Below are positions 1-9,205 of a stretch of 64,000 nucleotides of DNA, one piece after another (the first letter of the stretch is position 1; every line of letters starts with the position of its first letter). The position numbers and the translations under genes were made by a program. The stretch is from the NCBI GenBank assembly GCA_963810925.1, contig CAWEPF010000010.1, forward strand, positions 47,407 to 111,406, given 5' to 3'. Under the pieces are notes generated by a model. The model saw nothing but the letters and a program-made list of their open reading frames with translations. It searched no databases and had not been told where the DNA came from. Source of the DNA: an uncultured Chloroflexia bacterium (GTDB taxonomy: Bacteria; Chloroflexota; Limnocylindria; QHBO01).

Positions 1-623
1 GGACCACGCTCCCGGTCCACTGGGGCCCGCCACCGCCCGGCCCGTGGACACGATTCAGCAACTGGATTCGCGGGCTCTCCGGGACGCCGTCGCCCGAGGT
101 GGCGACGCTCCCCGAGCTGCCGGCGTCGCTGCGGCGGTCCGAGCTGGCTGCCCCGTACCTCGAGTCCGAGCGGGCCGGCGACCACCGGCGAGCAGGCGCC
201 GCGGCGCTGGCCGCCGCCGAGGCGGCGATCGACGCCGAGGCGTGGTGGGCGGGTGACCTGTGGGCCCACCGGGCCATGTGGCACTTCGAGCGCGGCGACC
301 TTCCGCTGCAGGCCACCCGGGCCGCCCGACGGATCGGCGATCTCCGCGTGGCCGGCGGCGATCCGGCGAGTGCCCGGCGCTACTATGCCGAGGCGATCAG
401 CGAAGCCCGTGACCTCGGCGCGGAGCGCGAGGAGGGCCTCGCCGCCACGGGGATGGGCCGTGCCGAACTGGACCTGGGAAACGTGACCGCATCGCGACGA
501 TTGGCCGGGATCGCGGTCACCCTCCTCGAGCGGGGGAGTGGCGCCGCATCCGAGATCGCCGCCGCCCGCGAGCTGCACGGCGACGAGCGAAACGTGTCCG
601 AACCGGATGGCGCCGGTCGATGA
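1..623 (+). CDS. Hypothetical helical, TPR-like protein, C-terminal part. The gene probably starts upstream of the window; there is an internal GTG at 99.
   Basis: ORF track 99..623. The same frame has no stop back to base 3. The stop overlaps the proC start (ATGA at 620-623). Confidence 0.4.
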   Translation, partial: TTLPVHWGPPPPGPWTRFSNWIRGLSGTPSPEVATLPELPASLRRSELAAPYLESERAGDHRRAGAAALAAAEAAIDAEAWWAGDLWAHRAMWHFERGDLPLQATRAARRIGDLRVAGGDPASARRYYAEAISEARDLGAEREEGLAATGMGRAELDLGNVTASRRLAGIAVTLLERGSGAASEIAAARELHGDERNVSEPDGAGR

Positions 624-1471
624 GCACGCGTCGACCGGTTCGGGTGGGCATCGTGGGGGCCGGGGTCATGGCCGAGGCGATGATCACAGGGCTGCTGGCC
701 GATCGCGCCGTGCGCCCGGCCGCCCTCGTCGCCTCGCATCCGCGTCGAGACCGCCGCGCCGCCCTGGCGGCGGCCCATGGGATCTCGGTCGTGGCCCGTA
801 ATCGCGAGGCGGTCGCGAACGCGGACATCGTCGTCCTGGCGGTGAAGCCCCAGATGCTGCGCCCCGTCATGCGCGAGATCGCTCCCGCGCTCGATGACGG
901 CCAGGTGGTCCTCTCGATCGTCGCCGGCGCCACCCTCCGCACGCTCAGTGCGGGCCTCGGCCACGCCGCCGTGGCCCGGGCCATGCCGAACACGCCGGCC
1001 CAGATCCGCAAGGGAATCGCGGTGTGGGCCGCCGCCCCGGCCTGCACCGCCGGCCAGCGCGACCTCGTGCGCGCGGTGCTGCGCGCCCTTGGCGAGGAGC
1101 GCCAGGTGGAGGACGAGCAGTTCGTGGCCATGGCCACCGCCCTGTCGGGGACTGGACCGACCTACCTCTTCGCGGTCATGGAGGCGTTGGTGGATGCCGG
1201 CGTACACCTGGGGTTCCCGCGCGAGCTGGCCCACGACCTGGTGGCCGCCACGCTGGTGGGCTCCAGTGAATACGCCGCCGCCTCGAACCTCCATCCGGCC
1301 CAGCTGCGCAACGCGGTCACCTCGCCAGGCGGGACGAGCGCCGCGGCCATCTACGAGCTCGAGAAGGGACGCCTGCGCACGGTCCTTTCCGACGCCGTGT
1401 GGGCTGCCTACCGGCGCACGACCGAACTCGGCGAGCGGCTCGAGGCCGAGACCCTGGCCGACAGCGACTGA
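620..1471 (+). CDS. proC: pyrroline-5-carboxylate reductase
   Basis: 283 aa. N-terminal Rossmann motif VGIVGAGVMAEA. Also contains MPNTPAQIRKG and SPGGTSAAAIYELE, which are typical of ProC. Confidence 0.9.
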   Translation: MSTRRPVRVGIVGAGVMAEAMITGLLADRAVRPAALVASHPRRDRRAALAAAHGISVVARNREAVANADIVVLAVKPQMLRPVMREIAPALDDGQVVLSIVAGATLRTLSAGLGHAAVARAMPNTPAQIRKGIAVWAAAPACTAGQRDLVRAVLRALGEERQVEDEQFVAMATALSGTGPTYLFAVMEALVDAGVHLGFPRELAHDLVAATLVGSSEYAAASNLHPAQLRNAVTSPGGTSAAAIYELEKGRLRTVLSDAVWAAYRRTTELGERLEAETLADSD

Positions 1472-2535
1472 TGTACGCCCTCGTCATGGCCGGCGGGTCG
1501 GGGACCCGACTCTGGCCGCTGTCCCGTCGCCGGACGCCCAAGCAGCTGCTGCCCCTGACGGGGGACATGAGCCTCCTCCAGCAGACGGTGAGCCGCCTCG
1601 AGCCGCTGCTTCGCCCGCACGACATCTACGTCATCACCGCCGAGTCGCACGTCCACGCGACGCAGCGCCAGCTCCCCCAGCTGCCCGAGGGGAACGTCCT
1701 GGGCGAGCCCCTGGCCCGCTCCACGGCCGTGGCCGCGGCCCTGGGCTCCCTGCTCGCCCGTCGCCAGACCGATGAAGTCGCCATCGTCCTGCCGGCCGAC
1801 CACCACGTGGCCGATCCCGAGGCGTTCCTGGCCGCCGTCCGCGAGGCGGTCGTCACCGCCGAACGCGGATACCTCGTGGTCCTCGGCGTGACCCCCACCC
1901 ATCCGGCCACGGGCTACGGCTACGTCACCCGCGGGGAGGAGCTCTTCGCGACGGGCACCGCCGCGGTGAGCCAGTTCGTCGAGAAGCCCGATACCAAGGC
2001 GGCCAAGGCCCTGGTCGAGTCGGGCGCCCTGTGGAACGCGGGCGTGTTCGTATGGACCGGCTACGCCTTCCGCCAGGCGATCGAGCGATTCCAGCCCGAT
2101 CTGACGGCGGCCCTGGATGCCATCGGTCGCATGCCCCGCACGCCGGGATGGCAGACCGATGCCCGAGCCCTGCTCGAGCCACTGCCCGCCATCAGCATCG
2201 ACGCCGGGATTGCCGAACCGGCGGCCGCCGACGGACGGATGGCGGTCGTCGCCCTTGATGCGGGCTGGTCCGACATCGGTTCGTGGTCGGCCCTCCTGGA
2301 GGCGCTCAGCCGTCAGAGCGGGAAGAGCATGGTCGCCTCGGGCCAGCATCTCGACCGCGGGTCGCAGCGCGTCCTCGTCCACGGCGGGGAGCGGCTGGTC
2401 GTCACCGTCGGCCTGCGCGACGTGATCATCGTCGACACGCCCGACGCGCTCCTCGTCTGTGCGCGGGACAAGGCCGAGGAGATCAAACCCATCCTGGACG
2501 AGATTGCCGAGGCCACCGGCGACCGCTACCTCTAG
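1471..2535 (+). CDS. manC: mannose-1-phosphate guanylyltransferase (nucleotidyltransferase family)
   Basis: The internal ATG at 1471 overlaps the proC stop (TGATG). The N-terminus MYALVMAGGSGTRLWPLSRRRTPKQLLPL is the classic sugar-1-P nucleotidyltransferase signature. Confidence 0.85.
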   Translation: MYALVMAGGSGTRLWPLSRRRTPKQLLPLTGDMSLLQQTVSRLEPLLRPHDIYVITAESHVHATQRQLPQLPEGNVLGEPLARSTAVAAALGSLLARRQTDEVAIVLPADHHVADPEAFLAAVREAVVTAERGYLVVLGVTPTHPATGYGYVTRGEELFATGTAAVSQFVEKPDTKAAKALVESGALWNAGVFVWTGYAFRQAIERFQPDLTAALDAIGRMPRTPGWQTDARALLEPLPAISIDAGIAEPAAADGRMAVVALDAGWSDIGSWSALLEALSRQSGKSMVASGQHLDRGSQRVLVHGGERLVVTVGLRDVIIVDTPDALLVCARDKAEEIKPILDEIAEATGDRYL

Positions 2536-3166
2536 GGCGCGCCTCTCGGGCCGGCTCCTGGCCCTCTACCTGCGCCTCGTGGCGCGCACCGCGCGCATCG
2601 GTCCGGTCACGCGCGACCCGGTGGTCCTCGCGTTCTGGCACGAGTACAACCTCGGCCTGTTCGTCGCCGCCCGGGCGCGGCGCGGCGACCTTCCGCATGC
2701 CTCGTTCACGACCGATACGGCGCGCGGCACGGTCATCCAGACCATCTTCGAGTCCCTCGCCCAACGGCCGGGCCAGATCGTGGTCCTGCGCCTCCCCGAC
2801 GAGGCGGACCGGGAATCGGGGCGCGCGCTCGCCCGCCAGCTGGGGGACCTGGGCGCCGCCGGCAGTTCGCTGGTCGTCACCCCCGACGGCCCGTGGGGGC
2901 CGTACCGGGTGGCCAAGCCCGGCGTCCTGCTCGTGGCCCGCCAATCGGGCCTGCCCATCCTGCCGGTCGCCGTCACGGCCCGCCCCGCGCTGCGCCTGAC
3001 CCGGCGCTGGGATCGCCAGCTGGTGCCGCTCCCGTTCTCGCGGCTGCGACTCGTCGTGGGCGATCCCATCCGGCTGCCCGACACCGGCCCGCTGCGTCCC
3101 CATCTGGCGACCGTCCAGGCAGCCCTCGACCGGGTGACGGCCGCCGCCGAGCGGCGGCTACCATAG
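2459..3166 (+). CDS. DUF374 / lysophospholipid acyltransferase-like protein. Start uncertain: ATG 2459, TTG 2504, or later.
   Basis: ORF 2459..3166. AFWHEYNL and the VVTPDGPWGPYRVAKPGVLLVARQSGLPILPV pattern match the DUF374 family as I recall it. The ORF overlaps the 3' end of manC. Confidence 0.6.
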   Translation: MRGTRPRRSNPSWTRLPRPPATATSRARLSGRLLALYLRLVARTARIGPVTRDPVVLAFWHEYNLGLFVAARARRGDLPHASFTTDTARGTVIQTIFESLAQRPGQIVVLRLPDEADRESGRALARQLGDLGAAGSSLVVTPDGPWGPYRVAKPGVLLVARQSGLPILPVAVTARPALRLTRRWDRQLVPLPFSRLRLVVGDPIRLPDTGPLRPHLATVQAALDRVTAAAERRLP

Positions 3167-3174
3167 GCTCGCCC

Positions 3175-4632
3175 ATGACGACGATCCGGTTCGGGACCGA
3201 TGGCTGGCGCGCCGCCATTGCCGAGGACTTCACCTTCCACAACGTCCGTCGCTGTGCGCGTGGCGTGGCCGACTACCTCAACGAGCAGGGGACCGCGGAT
3301 CGCGGCGTGGTGGTCGCCCACGACCGCCGATTTGCCTCGGAGCACTTCGCGCGGGCCTGCATCGAGGTCCTCGCCGCGCACGGCATCCGGTGCATGACCC
3401 CGCCCGAGGCGGTGCCCACCCAGGTCGTCTCGTACTTCACCCGCGAGCTGCAGGCGGGCGCGGGGATCGTGATCACCGCCAGCCACAACCCGTGGACCGA
3501 CAACGGGTTCAAGGTCAAAGCCGACACCGGCGGCGCCGCCGCGCCGGCCATGCTGGCCGCCATCGAGGCGACGATGGACCGCTATCCCGAGGACGAGGTG
3601 CCGCCCCGCCGCGAGTACGACGACGCGCTGGCGGCCGGCCTGGTCGAGGTGTTCGACCCGTATCCCCGGTTCCGCGACCAGCTCGCCGCGATCGTCGACC
3701 TGGAGCGCATCCGCGGGTCGAACGGCAAGGTCCTGGTCGAGCCGATGTGGGGGTCCGGGGCGGGCTGGTTCGGACGGATCTTCGCCGGTGGCAAGCTCGA
3801 CGTCCGCGAGCTCCACACCGAGCGCAATCCGTTCTTCGGCGGGGTCAATCCTGAGCCGATCCGCCCGAACATCGACGAGTGGCTGGGCGAGATCCCGCGC
3901 TGGGGCGCAGACATCGGTATCGCGTTCGACGGAGACGCCGATCGGGTGGGGATGGCGACCGAGGAGGGGGTCTTCGTCAACCAGCTCCAGGTCTATGGCC
4001 TGCTGTACTGGTACCTGCTCGAGGTGCGCGGGCAGATCGGTCCGGCGGTCTACACGGTGACCACCACGTCCATGGCCAGGCGGCTGGCGGACCACTACGG
4101 GACCGAGGCGTTCGAGACGAACGTGGGCTTCAAGTACGTGGGACCGAAGATGGCCGAGACCAGGGCCGTGATCGGCGGCGAAGAGTCCGGCGGGTTCGGA
4201 TTCGGGATGCACATCCCCGAGCGGGACGGCATCGCGGCCGGCCTGTTCCTGCTCGACCTGTGGCTGTCGCGGGGTCGCCGCGCTTCGGAGGTCCTGGCCG
4301 AGCTCCAGGCGCTGGCCGGGCCCTCGTACTACAACCGGATCGACGTACGCTTCTCGCGGGACGTGTATGACGGCATTCGGCGCGACACGCTGGCCCGCCT
4401 GAACGACGAGGCGCCAACCGTCCTCGCCGGCCGCCCGGTCGTCCGCCGCCAGGCCCTCGAGACCGGCGATGGCTTCAAGTTCTACCGCGACGACGAGTCG
4501 TGGCTCCTCATCCGGTTCAGCGGGACCGAGGCGCTGCTCCGGATCTACGTCGAGGCGCGTTCGCCGGCGGACGTGGAGGCGCTCCTGGACGAGGGCCGGC
4601 GGATCGCCGACGCCGCCGCGGCGCCGGCATGA
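3175..4632 (+). CDS. phosphomannomutase/phosphoglucomutase (alpha-D-phosphohexomutase)
   Basis: Internal ATG at 3175 (MTTIRFGTDGWRA). Active-site loop TASHNPWTDNGFKV and metal loop FDGDADR are present. Confidence 0.85.
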   Translation: MTTIRFGTDGWRAAIAEDFTFHNVRRCARGVADYLNEQGTADRGVVVAHDRRFASEHFARACIEVLAAHGIRCMTPPEAVPTQVVSYFTRELQAGAGIVITASHNPWTDNGFKVKADTGGAAAPAMLAAIEATMDRYPEDEVPPRREYDDALAAGLVEVFDPYPRFRDQLAAIVDLERIRGSNGKVLVEPMWGSGAGWFGRIFAGGKLDVRELHTERNPFFGGVNPEPIRPNIDEWLGEIPRWGADIGIAFDGDADRVGMATEEGVFVNQLQVYGLLYWYLLEVRGQIGPAVYTVTTTSMARRLADHYGTEAFETNVGFKYVGPKMAETRAVIGGEESGGFGFGMHIPERDGIAAGLFLLDLWLSRGRRASEVLAELQALAGPSYYNRIDVRFSRDVYDGIRRDTLARLNDEAPTVLAGRPVVRRQALETGDGFKFYRDDESWLLIRFSGTEALLRIYVEARSPADVEALLDEGRRIADAAAAPA

Positions 4633-5801
4633 CCGACGCGCGCGACTTCTTCGGCTACAAGGACCCCGACCAGGAGCCCGGGCGCCGCCCCGAAGAGGAG
4701 GACGAGCTCGACCCGGACGCGCCGCTCCAGGCCGATGAGGCCATCACCCTGGACTCGTCGGCCGTCCTGGCCCGGATCGACCGGAGCGGGATGCTGGCCC
4801 GGGTCCGCGACCTGCCCCGTCAGCTGGCCGGTGCTCGCCAGGCAGCCGCGGGCCTGACCCTGGATGCCCGGCACCGCGACGTGGACCTGGTCGTCGTGCT
4901 GGGGATGGGCGGATCCGCGATCGGTGCGGACCTGGTCGCCGGCGCCGCCGGCCCGCGCCTGCGCGTCCCTCTCATCGTCCAGCGGGACTACGAGCTGCCG
5001 TCCGGCCTCGGGCCGCGAACCCTGGTCGTGGCCGCGTCGCACTCGGGCGACACGATCGAGACCCTCACCGCTGCGGCCCAGGCGCGCGAGCGCGGGTTGC
5101 CGCTGGTGGTCATCGCCACTGGCGGCCGACTCGGCCGCGAAGCCGCCGCGGACGGGATCCCGTGGCTCCAGTACGAGCAGCCCGGGCAGCCTCGCGCCGC
5201 CCTTGGATGGTCGGTGGGCCTGCTCCATGAGCTCCTCGTCGCCGCGGGGCTGATCACCGATCCCGATCCGCTCGGCCCGGCCGTCGCGACCCTGGACGAC
5301 CTCCTCGATCGGATGGGTCCCGGCGTGGACACCGATGCCAACCCCACCAAGCAGCTGGCCTGGAGCCTGTTCGGCCGGTTCCCGGTCATCTACGGGGCGG
5401 GGTCCATGGCCGCCGTCGCGCGGCGCTGGAAGACTCAGCTGAACGAGAACGCCAAGGCCTGGGCATCGTACGAGCCGATGCCCGAGGCCAACCACAACGC
5501 GATCGAGGGATCGCTCAACCCGCGCGAGCTGGCCGATGCGCCGTTCGTGATCGAGGTCCGCGACCCGGGCGAGTCCGCGGAGATCGCCTCCCGCTACCGG
5601 GTGGTGGAAGAGCTGCTCGGGGAGCGGGCCACCAACCGGACCGCGGTGTGGGCGGAAGGCCCCTCGCCCCTGGCCCGGGTCCTGTCCGCCGTCGCCTGGG
5701 GCGACCTGGTGAGCGTGTACCTGGCCGTCCTCTACCAGACCGACCCCACCCCGGTTACACTGCTCGAGATGCTGAAGGAGCGGCTCGCCAGGTCCGACTG
5801 A
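4629..5801 (+). CDS. bifunctional phosphoglucose/phosphomannose isomerase (SIS domain) with an acidic N-terminal extension of about 45 aa
   Basis: The ATG at 4629 overlaps the upstream stop (ATGA). SIS motifs LGMGGSAIGADL and AASHSGDTIETL are present, with a C-terminal PMI-type region. Confidence 0.75.
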   Translation: MTDARDFFGYKDPDQEPGRRPEEEDELDPDAPLQADEAITLDSSAVLARIDRSGMLARVRDLPRQLAGARQAAAGLTLDARHRDVDLVVVLGMGGSAIGADLVAGAAGPRLRVPLIVQRDYELPSGLGPRTLVVAASHSGDTIETLTAAAQARERGLPLVVIATGGRLGREAAADGIPWLQYEQPGQPRAALGWSVGLLHELLVAAGLITDPDPLGPAVATLDDLLDRMGPGVDTDANPTKQLAWSLFGRFPVIYGAGSMAAVARRWKTQLNENAKAWASYEPMPEANHNAIEGSLNPRELADAPFVIEVRDPGESAEIASRYRVVEELLGERATNRTAVWAEGPSPLARVLSAVAWGDLVSVYLAVLYQTDPTPVTLLEMLKERLARSD

Positions 5802-5849
5802 CGGGCGCCACGGAGATGGCGCCCCCGAGGCGCCTGGAGGAGTTGCGAC

Positions 5850-6131
5850 GTGCAATCGGGCATGATCGGCAAGGTCGAAAAGGCGATGCGTTACGCGCAC
5901 GAACCGGACCGGGTGGCCATCCACCGCCTGGAAGCGAGCTTCGCCGGCGACAACGGATCGCACACGGTCACCCTGGACGGCGAGCACTGGCATTGCGACT
6001 GCCACCTCTTTGAACAGGCGGGTGGCTGCACCCACACCCTGGCGGTCCAGAAGATGCTCGATCCCATGCTCTCCGAGGCGGCCCGCGAGACGCCGCTGTA
6101 CGGGCACGCGGAGGTCGGCGCCGGGGTCTGA
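5850..6131 (+). CDS. small SWIM zinc-finger protein
   Basis: 93 aa with a GTG start preceded by GGAGGAG. The CxCx(n)CxH signature is HCDCHLFEQAGGCTH. Confidence 0.6.
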   Translation: MQSGMIGKVEKAMRYAHEPDRVAIHRLEASFAGDNGSHTVTLDGEHWHCDCHLFEQAGGCTHTLAVQKMLDPMLSEAARETPLYGHAEVGAGV

Positions 6132-6164
6132 CCCCCGGCCGGATCGGTCAGGCCGTCTGCTAGG

Positions 6165-6320
6165 ATCGGCCGACCAACCAAAGACCGCGTGGGGTGCCGC
6201 CGCCGAAAGGCCGGCGGATGAATGGCGAAGCCGGTGCAAGACCGGCGCTGTCCCGCAACTGTAACCAGGCCCTGGGGCCCGGAAGCCAGGTCGCCCAGCC
6301 AGCACGCGATGTCTCAACCC
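6165..6320 (+). promoter_or_regulatory. cobalamin (B12) riboswitch
   Basis: GGTGCC...GAATGGCGAAGCCGGTGCAAGACCGGCGCTGTCCCGCAACTGTAA, followed by the B12-box-like GAAGCCAGGTCGCCCAGCC. It lies directly upstream of a BtuF-like gene. Confidence 0.85.
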
Positions 6321-6344
6321 TCGTGAGAAAGGGAGTGACATCAC

Positions 6345-7309
6345 ATGCGATCGCGCCGTGTTCCCCTTCTTGGGCTCCTCTTCGTGCTGGCCGTTGCCTG
6401 CCAGCCCTCCAGCCCGGCCGCCACCGGCAGCGCCAGCCCGCCGGCCCAATCACCGTCGGCGCCGGCCGCCACCAGCTATCCGCTTTCCCTGACCGATGAC
6501 GCCGGTCGCGATGTCTCGCTCGCGGCCGAGCCGCAGCGGATCGTCAGCCTCGCCCCGTCGAACACGGAGATCGTGTGCGCTCTCGGCGCGTGCGACCGCC
6601 TGGTGGGCGTGACCGACTTCGACGACTACCCGGCCGAGGTTTCCGATGTGCCCCACGTGGTGATCGGTGCAGTGGTGGACGTCGAGCTCGTGGTCGAGGC
6701 GGATCCGGACCTCGTCATCGCCGCGGGCAACGAGCTCACCCCGAGCGCGGTCATCACCCAGATCGCGGATCTCGACATTCCGGTCCTCGTCCTGTATCCC
6801 GACACGCTGGACGCGGTGCTGGACAACATCACGCTGGTCGGCGAGGCGATCAACGCCCCGCAGGCGGCGGCGGAGCTCACCGCGGACATGCAATACCGGA
6901 TCGACGTGGTCCACCACGCGGTCCCATCGGTCGTCCCGTTGGTGTTCTACGAGGTCGGCGTGTTCGAAGGGACGATCTACACCGCGGGCGAGAATTCCTT
7001 CCTGGCCAGCGTGATCGGGATGGCAGGCGCCAGTCCGGTGACCGGTGATCCGCTGACCACGGCCATCCAACTCGAGGATCTCATCGCTGCGGACCCCGCG
7101 CATGATCCTTCTGGGCGACGCCGCCTACGACCCGTCCGATCACGCCCGAGTCGGTGGCGGCCCGTCCGGGCTGGGAGTCGATGACCGCGGTGACCACCGG
7201 ACAGGTCTTCGTCGTGGAGGAGGACCCGGTCATCACCCGCCCGGGACCGCGGATCGTGGACGGGCTCGAGGCCCTGGCCAGGACGATCCACCCCGACCTG
7301 TTCCCGTGA
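6345..7309 (+). pseudogene. ABC substrate-binding lipoprotein, BtuF/FhuD-type (cobalamin or Fe-siderophore), interrupted by two +1 frame changes
   Basis: Lipobox LAVAC. The homologous reading continues across three frames: ...IAADP / MILLGDAAYDPS / ITPESVAARPGWESMTAVTTGQVFVVEEDPVITRPGPRIVDGLE. The shifts are at about 7094-7097 and 7136-7137. Confidence 0.8.
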
Positions 7310-7318
7310 GCTGAGTCG

Positions 7319-8411
7319 GTGCGAGCCTCGGTCGCCGCGCGTCCACTGGTGGGGGGGCCCAGCCTCGCCCGCTCGACGCTGGTCATCGGTGGCGGCGTTC
7401 TGATCCTGGCGGCCTCGATGGTCGTTGCCATCGGCCTGGGCAGCACCGACGTCGGTCTCGGCGAGGCGCTGGGGATCATCGCCCACCGGCTCGGGCTCTC
7501 GGTCCACGAGACCTGGTCGGCCACCGCGCCCACCATCCTGTTCGAGGTCCGTCTGCCGCGGGTCCTGGCCGGCGCGCTGGTGGGCGCCGGACTGGGCTGC
7601 GCGGGGGTCGTCTTCCAGGCGCTGCTCCGCAATCCCATGGCCGATCCGTACATCATCGGCAGCGCGTCGGGCGCCTCGCTGGGCGCCGTGCTGGCCATCA
7701 CCGCCCCGGTGATCCTTCCCGCGCTTGCCGTTGGAGCGGGGACGGCCTGGCTGGGGATCGGGCTGGCCCAGGTCCTCGCCTTCGTCGGCGGGCTGGGCGC
7801 GGTGACGCTCGTGCTGGTCGTAGCTCGCCAAGGGCGGTCGCTCGAGCATGGTCACCCTCCTGCTCACCGGGTACGCCGTGTCGTCGCTCCTCGCCGCGGG
7901 CGTGGCCCTGCTGCTGGTCAGCGCCGGACGGGCGCTGGCATCGGTCGTGGGCTGGCTGCTGGGCTCGCTGGGTGGGACGGGCTATCCGGAGCTCGCCATC
8001 GCCGCCCCGTTGATCCTGGGCGGATCGGTCCTGCTCCTCGTGCGCTGGCGGACGCTGAACCTGCTGCTCCTCGGCGACGAGGCGGCTGCCGGCCTGGGGG
8101 TCGACCTCGCCCGCGCGCGACGGACGCTCATCCTGCTCGCCACGCTCGTCACCTCCGCGGCGGTGGCCCTGGCCGGGACCATCGGGTTCGTGGGGCTGGT
8201 CGTGCCGCACGTCGTGCGACTGGCGCTCGGACCGGACCATCGGCTCCTCCTCCCGATGAGCTGCCTGGGCGGCGCCTCGCTGCTCGTCCTGGCCGACCTG
8301 GGGGCACGACTGCTCGGCGGCGTGCCGGTGGGGGTCATCACCGCGTTGATTGGCGCCCCGTTCTTCCTGTGGCTGCTCCATCGCTCCGTCGCAGCGCCGG
8401 GCACGCCATGA
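7319..8411 (+). pseudogene. FecCD/BtuC-type ABC permease with one +1 frame change near 7850
   Basis: The N-terminal half is in the 7319 frame (EVRLPRVLAGALVGAGLG, NPMADPYIIG). The C-terminal half is ORF 7848..8411 (GTIGFVGLVVPHVVR, ITALIGAPFFLWLL). Confidence 0.8.
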
Positions 8412-9205
8412 ACGCCGGCATCACGCCTCTGCTGATCCTGGACGACGTCCAGTTCGCGTATCGACGACGCGGGCGGCCGGACCGGACCGTGCTCCGCGGC
8501 GTGAGCCTGGCCATCGCCCCCGGGGAGCTGGTCGCCATCCTCGGACCGAACGGGAGCGGAAAGACCACGCTCCTGCGCCTGGCCACCGGGCTGCTCGCCG
8601 CGCAGGCCGGTGTGGTCCGCCTCGACGAGCGGGAGATCGGCGCATGGACCCGGCGCGAGGTGTCGCAGCGCGTGGCCGTCCTGCCCCAGATCCCCACGCT
8701 CCCCGAAGGCTTCCGGATCGAGGAGCTGGTCGAGATGGGCCGTGCGCCGCATGCCCGATCCCGGTTCGGGGCCACCACCGCGGACGCGGATGCCGTGCAG
8801 CAGGCCCTGGTCGATGCCGGTGCCGTGGACCTCGTGGGGCGCACCGTCGACGAGCTGTCAGGCGGGGAACGTCAACGCGTGGCGGTTGCCATGGCCCTGG
8901 CCCAGGAGCCGCGGCTGCTCCTTCTGGACGAGCCGACCCAGCACCTGGACCTCGCCCATCAGGTCGCCCTGCTGGCCATGCTCGAACGGCTCCGGCGGTC
9001 GCGCGGGATGGCGGTCGTGGCCGTCCTGCATGACCCGGCTCTGACTGCGCTGGCCGCCCCGCGCGTGGTCCTGCTCAGCGAAGGGCGGATCGTGGCCGAC
9101 GGCCCCGCAGCCGAGGTGCTGCAGCCGGCCACCGTGTCGCGGGTCTTCCAGATCTCCCCGGCCGCCGCCCTCGCCCTCTCAGGGCGCGGAGGCAGCCCGA
9201 ACTAG
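8408..9205 (+). CDS. ABC transporter ATP-binding protein (BtuD/FecE-like)
   Basis: The ATG at 8408 overlaps the permease stop (ATGA). Walker A GPNGSGKTT, signature LSGGERQRV and Walker B LLLLDEP are present. Confidence 0.85.
   Translation: MNAGITPLLILDDVQFAYRRRGRPDRTVLRGVSLAIAPGELVAILGPNGSGKTTLLRLATGLLAAQAGVVRLDEREIGAWTRREVSQRVAVLPQIPTLPEGFRIEELVEMGRAPHARSRFGATTADADAVQQALVDAGAVDLVGRTVDELSGGERQRVAVAMALAQEPRLLLLDEPTQHLDLAHQVALLAMLERLRRSRGMAVVAVLHDPALTALAAPRVVLLSEGRIVADGPAAEVLQPATVSRVFQISPAAALALSGRGGSPN

Noticed and set aside
7319-9205. 628-aa ORF that looks like a permease-ATPase fusion
   Set aside because: Only its first roughly 175 aa (permease N-terminus) and last 265 aa (ATPase) are meaningful. 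The middle is Arg/Pro/Gly-rich out-of-frame read-through. The real permease C-terminus is in ORF 7848..8411.
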